A DNA stretch of 40,502 nucleotides from Bacteroidales bacterium (GCA_028702675.1 JAQVOJ010000008.1:1-40502), one strand, 5' to 3'; shown: positions 19,034 to 28,132, counted from the stretch's first letter. Notes: a model not told the origin generated them from the letters alone. Numbers and translations are program-made.

Positions 19034-19318
19034 TTACTTTTTCTCCTTACTATCTTTCTTAAAAATTGGCCACTTGTCAGGAACCGGATCGTGTCCGTGA
19101 GTTCCCCACGGGTTACAGCGTAGCACTCTCCATGTCCCTAAAACTAATCCTTTTAGTAATCCATGTTTACGTAATGCTTCGAGAGTGTATGCTGAACAAG
19201 TTGGGTAATGCCGGCAGGAGTGAGGTAACCATGGCGAAATGGCAAATCTATAAAATCGAATAAGAATCTCAAATGGAAAAGTAAGAATCTTTCTTAATAT
19301 TGTTATAGTTCTTTGCAT
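19034..19318 (-). CDS. yidD: Membrane protein insertion efficiency factor YidD
   Basis: 94 aa with conserved YidD motifs [23 protein letters not shown] and [14 protein letters not shown]. Confidence 0.9.
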   Translation of the reverse strand: MQRTITILRKILTFPFEILIRFYRFAISPWLPHSCRHYPTCSAYTLEALRKHGLLKGLVLGTWRVLRCNPWGTHGHDPVPDKWPIFKKDSKEKK

Positions 19319-19335
19319 TTAGCAAAAGTACAATA

Positions 19336-20505
19336 TTATGCTGATTTTATTGCGGAAGAAGTTGGAGAATCCATTATATTGCTAATTGGTCTGAAGTATT
19401 TTATAAGTAATTGCCATTTAGAGGGTTCTGCTTGAATGATATGCTTTATCGCAACTCTATATTTTGTTAAAAAATCACTTATAGCTGGTGCTGATATAGG
19501 AGGAGTACACGCTGCTCCAACATTAGAACCCGTTACTTTATCGCCTCGCGAAATTATTTCCTCTACTGCTTCACTTAAACGATAAAGATATTGTCTTGCT
19601 CGCATCTCTCGATTTGGAGAGTCTTTTTCTCGATTAAGCCTTTTTGGGTAGGTACTTGTTTCGGCGAGTTTAGGTGTACTTCTGCTCAAAGAATAATTTA
19701 TATATGGCGATTCAATGGTAAGTTCTGAGTTTAAATCATTCAGATTGGCAGCAAAAATTATTGCATCTTTTAGTATGTCTTTTAAAATAATAAGTTCGCC
19801 TGAATAAGACCTCAAACTCTGCATGGCATCGTTACTGATAATTATCTTTCTGCCGAGTTCTTTGCTAAAACTATTTGCATATTCTCGCACAAGCCTCTCT
19901 ATACTTTGCTTATATGCTTCTTTTTCTTTTTCTAAAACTTTAGAATAATCGCTGCTTTGCTTTTGCATATAATTAACATGGCTACTTAGTTTTTGCCAAA
20001 GCTCATAATCTTTTTGGCACCTATTATACATGCTTAATAGCCCTGAATAAATTAATTCACTTATTATAGCTTTTTTCTCGGCTGTAATTTGTGTGTTTCC
20101 TGCTTTTAGCCCAAAAAAATTACCATTATAATTAAATTCTGCAAATATTACATCTTGTTGCATGTCGTAGGGGTTAGTAAACCTCATACTTAATACAAGT
20201 TTATCTGATTCATCAAAAATGGTAATTTCACTATTTTTCTTTACATCTTGGCTTATTGGAATAGACTTGGGATCAATCCAATTATAAGCTTGTTTTACGG
20301 GCTTACGAAAAGTATTCAAATCTTCTGTTGCTAAAAGTTCCTCATAGTCATTGCCTTTAACAGATAAATACCAGTACAAACAATTTTGCTCATCATCATA
20401 GAACAGGGTTATTATTCGTAATAAACCAGGATAGGCTTCTCGCAAGTGTTCTGTGAGAAGTTTTGGTAATGGTTTTATAAACGAATAAGTAAACGGCATA
20501 GTCAA
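19336..20505 (-). CDS. Hypothetical protein, probably co-transcribed with yidD; possible C-terminal Fis-like helix-turn-helix
   Basis: 389-aa ORF with no family-defining motif I can recognise. The C-terminal segment GSNVGAACTPPISAPAISDFLTKY loosely resembles an HTH_8 pattern. It ends 17 nt before yidD. Confidence 0.5.
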   Translation of the reverse strand: MTMPFTYSFIKPLPKLLTEHLREAYPGLLRIITLFYDDEQNCLYWYLSVKGNDYEELLATEDLNTFRKPVKQAYNWIDPKSIPISQDVKKNSEITIFDESDKLVLSMRFTNPYDMQQDVIFAEFNYNGNFFGLKAGNTQITAEKKAIISELIYSGLLSMYNRCQKDYELWQKLSSHVNYMQKQSSDYSKVLEKEKEAYKQSIERLVREYANSFSKELGRKIIISNDAMQSLRSYSGELIILKDILKDAIIFAANLNDLNSELTIESPYINYSLSRSTPKLAETSTYPKRLNREKDSPNREMRARQYLYRLSEAVEEIISRGDKVTGSNVGAACTPPISAPAISDFLTKYRVAIKHIIQAEPSKWQLLIKYFRPISNIMDSPTSSAIKSA

Positions 20506-20530
20506 GATTTTAAAGGTAAAAGTAAAACAA

Positions 20531-20749
20531 TTAAGTTAAATATGCAAAACTTAATTAAAATAAACTTAATTTAAGTTCTATAAAGCAAGAAATATTTAAG
20601 CTGCAAATTAACTTAACAAAAGTTTATAAATCGCTATAATGACTTATATTAGCGTAAAATTTGTGCATGAATTATATAGCAATCATAATAGTAACTTGGT
20701 TAATATTAAATATAATATTTAAACTTATTAAGCATTTAAATAAACTTAA
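20531..20749. promoter_or_regulatory. Cluster of AACTTAA/TTAAGTT heptamer repeats in the divergent promoter region between the two hypothetical genes
   Basis: Exact AACTTAA at 20548, 20563, 20610 and 20743. Exact TTAAGTT at 20531 and 20571. A perfect palindrome AACTTAATTTAAGTT lies at 20563-20577. Variants AACTTAT (20722) and AACTTGG (20693) also occur. That is six exact copies in 249 bp. Confidence 0.5.
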
Positions 20750-20754
20750 AAATA

Positions 20755-21900
20755 ATGAAAAATAATTTACAGTTCGTGTTAGCTTACAATTCTATTAGCT
20801 TATATAAAGCCGGGATTTTTATTAAAAAGATTCAATTCTGTTCATCAGGCATAAGACCTTGCAATACTAAATCTAAGCTTGATTTTACTTTTAAGGTAAT
20901 TAAATCAATAATCGAAAGTCAGAATATAGATGGCATAATAATTCTTCTTGACAGTACATACTTTGAAAACTCTGAACACGTAGAGTTTCAAGAGAAAGGT
21001 AATGTTACCGACTTAGATGGTTTAAAATCAGGAACTAATGTGGTAGCTAACAGTCATAGATACTTTAATGAAAGCAGTGAGATAAAAAACTTAGATAAAA
21101 TCAGTAGAGGACAAAGGTATTTTGAACTTTTGTCGATATATTCGTGGAAACCAATTGTTTTAGAAGTGCTTGTTAAGCCATTATCTTTATTGTTCGAAAA
21201 TTTGCATATCAAACCTTTACATGATATTTACGTAAGTTCAGAACAAAAAAACAGTCTTGGATTAATAGTTGACTTTTCTTTAAATCATACTTTAGTTAGC
21301 ATATACGAATCTGATTATTTACTAAAAGCAGATTGTTTGAATATTGGAATTTCAAATCTGTTTGTGTTAATATCTGAAAAATTCGCAATCCCAATAGATT
21401 TAGCACAAAAGCTTTATAGTTATTATGGCATGCTTGTTACACCTCACAATTATTCCGAAGTTGTTATTGATGTTCCATTAAATGAATACATTATTAGAGA
21501 AGTGCCTTTGACAGAATTATCAAATTTGATACAGATTTTTTATGAAAAACTGTACAATTCAATTTCAGAATTATTACAAATACAAAATCTTGAGCTTTCT
21601 AAACTTTTATTGACAGGAATAGGACACGATTTATATGGATTAGAAAGCTTTACAAAACTTAGATTCAATTCAAATATTTCACTTATTAGTTTAACAAATA
21701 GTTTAAATAACTATTTGCAAGCACTATATAATGAGATAGATAATAATATCAAAAATGAGAGTGGGGGGATTCAGCACGATGAAAGTAAAGAACAAATAGG
21801 AAATACTCTTGAAAAGCAAAGTATATCTAATAAGATAAAAGGTTTTGTGCTTGGTTTTTTAAGCGATACAGATTCAGAAACAGATGCAGTATTTGCTTAA
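20755..21900 (+). CDS. Hypothetical protein with a divergent actin-like (FtsA/PilM/MreB superfamily) ATPase fold and degenerate nucleotide-binding motifs
   Basis: 381 aa. The segment SKLLLTGIGHDLYGLESF resembles the FtsA/PilM adenosine motif (vvLTGGgaqlpGl). LGLIVDFSLNHTLVSIY resembles phosphate-2 (DIGGGTTD) with the glycines replaced. The N-terminal LQFVLAYNSISL resembles phosphate-1 (LDIGTSKI) with D and G replaced. Confidence 0.5.
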   Translation: MKNNLQFVLAYNSISLYKAGIFIKKIQFCSSGIRPCNTKSKLDFTFKVIKSIIESQNIDGIIILLDSTYFENSEHVEFQEKGNVTDLDGLKSGTNVVANSHRYFNESSEIKNLDKISRGQRYFELLSIYSWKPIVLEVLVKPLSLLFENLHIKPLHDIYVSSEQKNSLGLIVDFSLNHTLVSIYESDYLLKADCLNIGISNLFVLISEKFAIPIDLAQKLYSYYGMLVTPHNYSEVVIDVPLNEYIIREVPLTELSNLIQIFYEKLYNSISELLQIQNLELSKLLLTGIGHDLYGLESFTKLRFNSNISLISLTNSLNNYLQALYNEIDNNIKNESGGIQHDESKEQIGNTLEKQSISNKIKGFVLGFLSDTDSETDAVFA

Positions 21901-21944
21901 ACTGTGTTTAACAGATGAATTAGAAGATTGCAAACTAACGACTG

Positions 21945-22646
21945 TTAACTTGCTCTATCATCTTTAATTACAAGGATAAATCCACTACCATGTACATTAT
22001 TAATTTCAATGCCATCAATTGGTTTAAAGTATTTTCTCAATTTAGTAATATAAACGTCCATGCTGCGAGCATTGAAATAGTTATCGTCTCCCCAAATGTT
22101 TTTAAGAGCATGGTTGCGATCCAGTACATGATTTTTATGTTGATAAAGCATTTTTAGCAAGTCGCTTTCGCGTGGTGTTAGCCTATAGACCTTATCGAAC
22201 CCTGTAAGTGTTCGAAGGGAATGGTCAAATTTATATGGACCAATTGTAATAATTTCCGGTAAGTTGTCTATATTATCTTTATTCCTTCTTAATATGGCTT
22301 TAATTTTATGCATAAGCACATCCGAATCAAAAGGTTTTGTCAGGTAATCGTCTGCACCAACCTGAAATCCTTTAAGAATATCTTCTTTAAGAGATTTTGC
22401 TGTTAGAAATATTAAAGGAATTCCCTCGTCTAATTTTCTTATTTCAACAGCTATACTAAACCCGTCTTTGTTTGGTAACATCACGTCCAGAACACACAAA
22501 TCAAAACTATTTTTACGGAATGTTGGAACTGCTTGAGCACCATCGGCAACAAGCGTAACTTCATATTCATTCATTTCGAGATATGATTTTAGTACTGTAC
22601 CAAAATTTATATCATCTTCTACAAGTAAAATTTTTTCTTTTGTCAT
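21945..22646 (-). CDS. OmpR-family two-component response regulator
   Basis: 233 aa with a receiver domain (LLVEDD…LDVMLPNKDG…K) plus a C-terminal winged-helix trans_reg_C domain. Confidence 0.9.
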   Translation of the reverse strand: MTKEKILLVEDDINFGTVLKSYLEMNEYEVTLVADGAQAVPTFRKNSFDLCVLDVMLPNKDGFSIAVEIRKLDEGIPLIFLTAKSLKEDILKGFQVGADDYLTKPFDSDVLMHKIKAILRRNKDNIDNLPEIITIGPYKFDHSLRTLTGFDKVYRLTPRESDLLKMLYQHKNHVLDRNHALKNIWGDDNYFNARSMDVYITKLRKYFKPIDGIEINNVHGSGFILVIKDDRAS

Positions 22647-22658
22647 TTTACAGTGGTT

Positions 22659-24221
22659 TTATTTATTCTTAATCTTTTTTATTGGCAAATATACAATAAA
22701 TGTACTGCCTTTGTTAATTGTGCTTTTTACTCTTATCTCGCCGTTATGTGCTGTTATAATTTCTTTAACATAATTTAACCCTAATCCAAATCCTTTAATA
22801 TTGTGAACATTACCGGTGTTTGCACGATAAAACCTATCAAAAATATGCGACTGAACATCTTTGCTCATACCTAGTCCCTTGTCCTGCACTTCGAATACAA
22901 AATTATTATTTTTATTATATGTTCTTATATTTACTTCAAGTTTTTCTGGGCTATACTTGTTAGCATTATCAAGCAAATTACTCATCACATTGTACATTGC
23001 ATCTTTATCAATTGGAACAATATAATCAGTAGCTTTAAAATCGGTATTTATTGAGCCTTGTCGTTCACCTATAATAAGTTCAATATTATGAACTGCATCA
23101 ATAATTAATTCGTGCATGTCTTCCGGTTTCAGTTTTACTTTTACTCCTTGTTTTTCTAAAAGCGCCATTTGTAAAACTTGCTCAACATGATGATTCATCC
23201 TTTGAGTTTCTTGTGTAATTATATTAGTAAAACTACATATTGATTCAGGTTTTTGCAACATTTTTGGATTACGAATAGAATCAGCAGCAAGGCGTATAGT
23301 TGCAATTGGAGTTTTAAACTCATGAGTCATATTATTAATAAAATCGTTTTTTATTTCTGATAATTTCTTTTGTTTTAATACCGTATAAAGTGTTACGGCA
23401 AAGGTTATTATTATAATTAAGGTAAAAATGATTGAACTGATTAATTGTGCATAAATTCCCTGTAAAACATATTTTTCTTTTGTAGGGAAAAAAACGTATA
23501 ACTCATCAGGATTATCGAACAGATTGCTAGGAGCTAAATTTATATGATAAGCCTTATCTTTCATTTTCTTGTCAAATGAATTAGATTGTAGTCTTATGTT
23601 TTGTTTACCATCAAAAACAGCAAACTCAAAATCAAGACCAAGCCCTTTTTGTATAAGTGCTTTAGTGATTATTTTATTAATGGTTTCTGAATCAAATCGT
23701 TTTTCAATAGGTTTTGATCTTTGTCTATATTCTCTTTCGAGTTGTTCAATTACATCGCTAAATTCAATAGTAGGGTTTTGAGTTTCTTCTTCAAAAAAGT
23801 TTCTAAGAGCTGAAATGTCATCAGATTGTTGAAAACTAAACGGATCGCCCGTATATTCACCAAAAGTAAATATATGAGTAGCACCTCCAAACGTAGATGT
23901 TATGGAAATTTGGTAGTTATTTTTCCATATTTGCGCTCTATTAGGATTGAAACTACTCTGTATCATGTAGGGGTCAATGGGGTAGGTGCTGTCTATTTCT
24001 TGTTCTTCGATACTGTTCATTTTATCGTAAACAAACATTAAAGCATCCTGTCTTTCGATATTATTAATTGCCAGCGAAAGTGCTTCGTTAACGCCTCTGT
24101 CAACAACTTGCTTCTTCTCGTTATATGAACGTACTAATAATCGGGTTTGCATCAATATTATAAGAATGAGCGATATCGACATTAATATGATTATAATATT
24201 TATTAACTGCTGTCGTTTCAT
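22659..24221 (-). CDS. Two-component sensor histidine kinase
   Basis: 520 aa with an N-terminal TM segment and periplasmic domain, a second TM segment, H-box HEFKTPIATI, and HATPase N/G boxes (DNANKYS, GLGLNYV). Sits 12 nt upstream of the response regulator gene. Confidence 0.9.
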   Translation of the reverse strand: MKRQQLINIIIILMSISLILIILMQTRLLVRSYNEKKQVVDRGVNEALSLAINNIERQDALMFVYDKMNSIEEQEIDSTYPIDPYMIQSSFNPNRAQIWKNNYQISITSTFGGATHIFTFGEYTGDPFSFQQSDDISALRNFFEEETQNPTIEFSDVIEQLEREYRQRSKPIEKRFDSETINKIITKALIQKGLGLDFEFAVFDGKQNIRLQSNSFDKKMKDKAYHINLAPSNLFDNPDELYVFFPTKEKYVLQGIYAQLISSIIFTLIIIITFAVTLYTVLKQKKLSEIKNDFINNMTHEFKTPIATIRLAADSIRNPKMLQKPESICSFTNIITQETQRMNHHVEQVLQMALLEKQGVKVKLKPEDMHELIIDAVHNIELIIGERQGSINTDFKATDYIVPIDKDAMYNVMSNLLDNANKYSPEKLEVNIRTYNKNNNFVFEVQDKGLGMSKDVQSHIFDRFYRANTGNVHNIKGFGLGLNYVKEIITAHNGEIRVKSTINKGSTFIVYLPIKKIKNK

Positions 24222-24383
24222 AATTCAAAAATAAATATTGAAAATAATTATAATTTATTAATTAACGAATTATTAAGACTGTTTAAATCATTTTTAACAA
24301 ACATTTATTAATTATTAGCGTTAATTTGTAAAGAAACTAAATTATTCTTCTCATATCAATATACACTTAACCTAATTTTATTT

Positions 24384-24413
24384 AGTCCCCAATCTCAGGG
24401 GACTTTTCTTTTC
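24384..24413 (+). terminator. Orphan terminator-like hairpin in the msrA upstream region (possible small RNA end or leader attenuator)
   Basis: AGTCCCC-AATCTCA-GGGGACT 7-bp stem followed by TTTCTTTTC on the + strand, 46 nt upstream of the msrA start. There is no + strand CDS upstream of it. Confidence 0.35.
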
Positions 24414-24458
24414 ATACAAGCTTTCTTTTATATTATCAATGAACATACTTAATTATAT

Positions 24459-25079
24459 ATGGTTTCTATAATTATGAAAACGGTTTTTAAATACTTATTA
24501 ATTAGCATTTTGTTCACATTAATAATTAATGATATGAATTCACAAAATAATTTTGATACAATTACTCTCGGGAGTGGGTGCTTTTGGTGTTCCGAAGCTG
24601 TTTTTAGCCAATTAAAAGGAGTGGAGACGGTTACTTCGGGATATAGTGGGGGAGAGACTAAAAATCCTACTTATCGAGAAGTATGTTCGGGAAATACAGG
24701 GCATGCCGAAGTAGTACAGGTAGTGTATAATCCTGAAGAAGTTTCTCTTGAGAAAATTCTGGAAGTCTTTTTTAAAACTCATGATCCTACAATGCTAAAC
24801 CGCCAAGGAATGGATGTTGGGACACAGTATCGTTCAATTATTTTATATCATAATGCAGTGCAAAAGCAAACAGCAGAGTTTATAATAGAAAAATTGAATC
24901 TTGCCGGTATTTGGAACAACCCAATAGTAACTGCCGTAGAAGCATTTACTATGTTTTATAAAGCAGAAGCTGCTCATCAAGACTATTATTCTAATAATCC
25001 TAATGCGGGTTATTGTCAATTTGTAATTAATCCAAAAATTGAAAAATTAAAGAAGGTTTTTGCGGAAATATTAAAATAA
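24459..25079 (+). CDS. msrA: Peptide-methionine (S)-S-oxide reductase MsrA (secreted form)
   Basis: 206 aa with an N-terminal signal-like segment and the catalytic GCFWC motif; conserved MsrA core (GNTGHAEVVQVVYNP). Confidence 0.9.
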   Translation: MVSIIMKTVFKYLLISILFTLIINDMNSQNNFDTITLGSGCFWCSEAVFSQLKGVETVTSGYSGGETKNPTYREVCSGNTGHAEVVQVVYNPEEVSLEKILEVFFKTHDPTMLNRQGMDVGTQYRSIILYHNAVQKQTAEFIIEKLNLAGIWNNPIVTAVEAFTMFYKAEAAHQDYYSNNPNAGYCQFVINPKIEKLKKVFAEILK

Positions 25080-25116
25080 ATATGTAGTTTTATTGTTATT
25101 ATCGTAAATAAATTAT

Positions 25117-25293
25117 ATGGGAAACAATAATAAAGTTTTAGATATACTAAAAAAATCGGATAAAGCATTGAAAGCCGTGGAAATCGCTGATATTGCAGGT
25201 ATTGACAAAAAAGATGTTGACAAGGCTATGCAACAGCTAAAAAAAGAAGAAAAGATTTTTTCGCCAAAGCGTTGCTATTGGTCAGCTAAATAA
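25117..25293 (+). CDS. Small (58 aa) winged-helix-like putative DNA-binding protein, missing from the ORF track
   Basis: ATG at 25117 and TAA at 25291. Sequence: MGNNNKVLDILKKSDKALKAVEIADIAGIDKKDVDKAMQQLKKEEKIFSPKRCYWSAK. The pattern ligand-x-EIA-x-GxDKKDVxKAxxxLKKEx-I-SPKRCY resembles small wHTH proteins. It fills an otherwise empty 263-bp gap. Confidence 0.45.
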   Translation: MGNNNKVLDILKKSDKALKAVEIADIAGIDKKDVDKAMQQLKKEEKIFSPKRCYWSAK

Positions 25294-25342
25294 TAAATTT
25301 TATTGTAACAAATAAATATTTTATACGTCATACAAACAAAAA

Positions 25343-26245
25343 ATGCATTTTATGAAACCACTACATTATTTTATGCGTATCAATAAAAATACTTTATCGA
25401 TTCGGTTTTGTAAGATTAAATATATATATTTCATATCTCTTTTAGTAATTGTTTTTTTTGTCTCTTCTTGCCATAATAGAATTAATTCTTCCGACATGCT
25501 TGTTAATGCAATGATTGAAAAATATGACGGAAGATGGTTTAAAGAAATTAGTTTTGAACAAACTACTAGTTTTTATAAAGAAGGAGAAATATTCAATACA
25601 GAATCATGGTACGAAACTTATCAGTATCCGGGTAAGCTTTTAATCGAATACGACAAATTTGGATCGGGTAGTGGACAGCTTTATCGCAACGATTCAATAT
25701 ATTTATTTACAAATCATAAACTCGATACGGCTTATCCTCTTGTTCATTCCTTAGTTTTTCTTACTATGGACTTATATCATCTTGATAAAAAATTTGCCAT
25801 TAAACGAATTTCTGATATGGGATTTGATATTAGTAAATTTAGAACTGATAAATTTAATGATGTGCCTGTATATGTTGTTGGTAGTAGCGTTTCAGATGAC
25901 AACTTGGATCAGTTTTGGGTTGATAAAGAGAAACTCATTGTGGTAAAAATGATTAAAAATACAAATAAGGGAATTCAGGTAGTAGAATTAGACGATTATA
26001 GAGAGCTTAATGGCTATGGATTAATTGAACAACAAGTTAGGTTTTATTTAAATGATGAATTATATATGACAGAAAAATATTACAATATTGAAATACCTGA
26101 AAACAATATTGACACCTATTTTGAACCTAATTTTGTACTATCAAAATATATACAATTAAAACACGGATTATTTAACCTACCGGACTTTAGAATAAGCCCT
26201 TTTGAAAAGTTATTAAGACTATATGGATTATTGATTTTTTATTAA
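25343..26245 (+). CDS. Hypothetical lipoprotein
   Basis: 300 aa with a signal peptide and lipobox (LLVIVFFVSSC). No recognisable catalytic motif. The start codon is uncertain among Met1, Met4 and Met11. Confidence 0.6.
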   Translation: MHFMKPLHYFMRINKNTLSIRFCKIKYIYFISLLVIVFFVSSCHNRINSSDMLVNAMIEKYDGRWFKEISFEQTTSFYKEGEIFNTESWYETYQYPGKLLIEYDKFGSGSGQLYRNDSIYLFTNHKLDTAYPLVHSLVFLTMDLYHLDKKFAIKRISDMGFDISKFRTDKFNDVPVYVVGSSVSDDNLDQFWVDKEKLIVVKMIKNTNKGIQVVELDDYRELNGYGLIEQQVRFYLNDELYMTEKYYNIEIPENNIDTYFEPNFVLSKYIQLKHGLFNLPDFRISPFEKLLRLYGLLIFY

Positions 26246-27067
26246 GCGTATTCCGTCATTTTCAAGTCTAATTATTTTTTGTTTGTATAAGGCTCCAACA
26301 GCCTTTTTAAAGACTTTTTTGCTCATACCAAGTATTTCGTAAATCTTTTCAGGAGCAGTATTGTCAATAAGTGCTAAAAAACCTTCGTTTTCTTCAAGAG
26401 TTTCTATTAGTTTTTGAGTATTTGCATCAACACCTCTATACCCAAACCGGTTTAAACTAAGATCAAGCTTATTGTCAGACCTTATTTTTTTTACATAAGC
26501 CTTTAAATTGTCTCCAATGCTAATTTTAATAAAAACTTCATTTTCAAATATTATTCCACGGTATTTCATATTAACGATTACATTGTATCCAATATCGTTT
26601 TGCCCATAAACCATAATTTGTACTTGTTCGCCAATTTCAACTTCAACAATATCTCTTTCAAGCCATTTACTAATTTTTGTACTGCCTACTAATCTATTGG
26701 TTACATTATCTAAATACATATATACAACATAAGTATGTCCTAGTTTGATTTCGCTTTGTTGCTGATTATGAGGAACAAACAAATCTTTTTCTAAGCCCAT
26801 ATCAAAGAAAACTCCATGTTTGTTTTTATCAACTGCCTTAAGTGGAGCGAAGCAATTTAGAAAAATTTTGGGTTGTAGGGTAGTGGCTATTAGGCGATCT
26901 TCGGAATCTTTGTAAACAAAAACACTAATATTCCCACCTAATTCAAGATCATCTGGAATATACTTATTGGGTAATAAAACTTCAATATTATCTTCGTCAA
27001 CAAGGTAAATACCATTATCTGTTTGTCTGGATGCTTTAAGCTCAAATATTTGTCCTGGATATATCAT
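26228..27067 (-). CDS. S1-domain RNA-binding protein, CvfB/YitL family
   Basis: 279 aa with tandem S1-like barrels and a C-terminal winged-helix region, the architecture typical of CvfB. Its 3-prime end overlaps the convergent lipoprotein gene by 18 nt. Confidence 0.65.
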   Translation of the reverse strand: MIYPGQIFELKASRQTDNGIYLVDEDNIEVLLPNKYIPDDLELGGNISVFVYKDSEDRLIATTLQPKIFLNCFAPLKAVDKNKHGVFFDMGLEKDLFVPHNQQQSEIKLGHTYVVYMYLDNVTNRLVGSTKISKWLERDIVEVEIGEQVQIMVYGQNDIGYNVIVNMKYRGIIFENEVFIKISIGDNLKAYVKKIRSDNKLDLSLNRFGYRGVDANTQKLIETLEENEGFLALIDNTAPEKIYEILGMSKKVFKKAVGALYKQKIIRLENDGIRLIKNQ

Positions 27068-27125
27068 CTTTTTTTTTGCAAATTTAAGCTTTAATATGAC
27101 AATTTCATATATGATTTGTAGGTGG

Positions 27126-27179
27126 GGTTTTTGGCATATATTTTTGCAGCAAAGCGAGCAAAAAATTATGCCAAAAACC
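27126..27179. promoter_or_regulatory. Inverted-repeat operator candidate in the cvfB/pirin divergent promoter
   Basis: Perfect 13-bp arms GGTTTTTGGCATA (27126-27138) and TATGCCAAAAACC (27167-27179) separated by 28 nt. The flanks pair partially (TTTGTAGGT / ACCTTACAAA). Confidence 0.35.
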
Positions 27180-27240
27180 TTACAAATTCAATGTAAACAA
27201 TTCGCTTTTACTTTTGTTTATTTAACATAATATATAGAAC

Positions 27241-27951
27241 ATGAAAACAACATTATATAAAAATGAAAATAGAGGACACTTCGATCATGGATGGCTAAAG
27301 ACTTGGCATAGCTTTAGTTTTGGAGCATATTATGATCCTAAAAACATTCATTTTGGAGCGTTAAGAGTTCTTAATGATGATATTATTGCAGGTGGAACGG
27401 GTTTCGATATGCATCCGCATGATAATATGGAGATAATTACAATTCCTTTAGATGGGGCTTTGCAACATAAAGACAGTATGGGACACACCCAGATAATTGA
27501 AAAAAATGAAATTCAAGTAATGTCTGCTGGGGCGGGAATTTACCATGCCGAATATAATGCCAGTTCTAAAGATGATGCAAAAATATTACAGATTTGGATA
27601 TTTCCTGATAAAAAGGATTTAGAACCTCGATATGATCAATTTAAGTATAGTTTAAAAAATAAGAACAATTTTGAACTGCTTGTTGGTCCCCAAAAAGCAA
27701 ATGCTAAAACTTGGATAAATCAGAATGCGTTTGTTTCATTAGGAAAATTCTCTGGAAGAATTGGCTATAATTATAGTGTAATTGAAAAAAACAATGGTTT
27801 GTTTCTATTTGTAATTTCCGGTAGTATTAGATTAAACGATATCTTACTAAACTCAAGAGATGCTATTGGAATAAGTGATTCTGAAAATATTAGCTTCAAA
27901 ACTGAAAATGATTCCGAAATCCTTGCAATTGAAGTTCCAATGACTTGGTAA
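27241..27951 (+). CDS. Pirin-family cupin protein
   Basis: 236 aa with the metal-binding HPH…E pattern (MHPHDNMEIITIP…GIYHAEYN) of pirin / quercetinase-like proteins. Confidence 0.9.
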   Translation: MKTTLYKNENRGHFDHGWLKTWHSFSFGAYYDPKNIHFGALRVLNDDIIAGGTGFDMHPHDNMEIITIPLDGALQHKDSMGHTQIIEKNEIQVMSAGAGIYHAEYNASSKDDAKILQIWIFPDKKDLEPRYDQFKYSLKNKNNFELLVGPQKANAKTWINQNAFVSLGKFSGRIGYNYSVIEKNNGLFLFVISGSIRLNDILLNSRDAIGISDSENISFKTENDSEILAIEVPMTW

Positions 27952-28101
27952 AATCATTAAGTTTATTTAACATAAAATCTTATGTTATTGTAATAATGTA
28001 CATATTTGACAAATTTAAATAAAAGTCCTATAATTAATATTATGTTAAATAGTATATTTTAAATCATGTTAATTCTATTTTATTTGAATATTCTACCTAT
28101 C

Positions 28102-28132
28102 AAAAAAAAAAGCGAGAAAGTTAATTCTCGCT
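28102..28132 (-). terminator. Intrinsic terminator of the TPR protein gene (possibly bidirectional)
   Basis: AGCGAGAA-AGTTAA-TTCTCGCT 8-bp stem with an A9 tract (28102-28110) on the + strand, which is a U-tract on the minus strand. It lies 25 nt beyond the minus-strand stop. Confidence 0.7.

Noticed and set aside
27069-27078. T9/A9 homopolymer immediately upstream of the cvfB start as a phase-variation tract
   Set aside because: Lies in the untranslated leader. A-rich leaders are the norm for Bacteroidota translation initiation.
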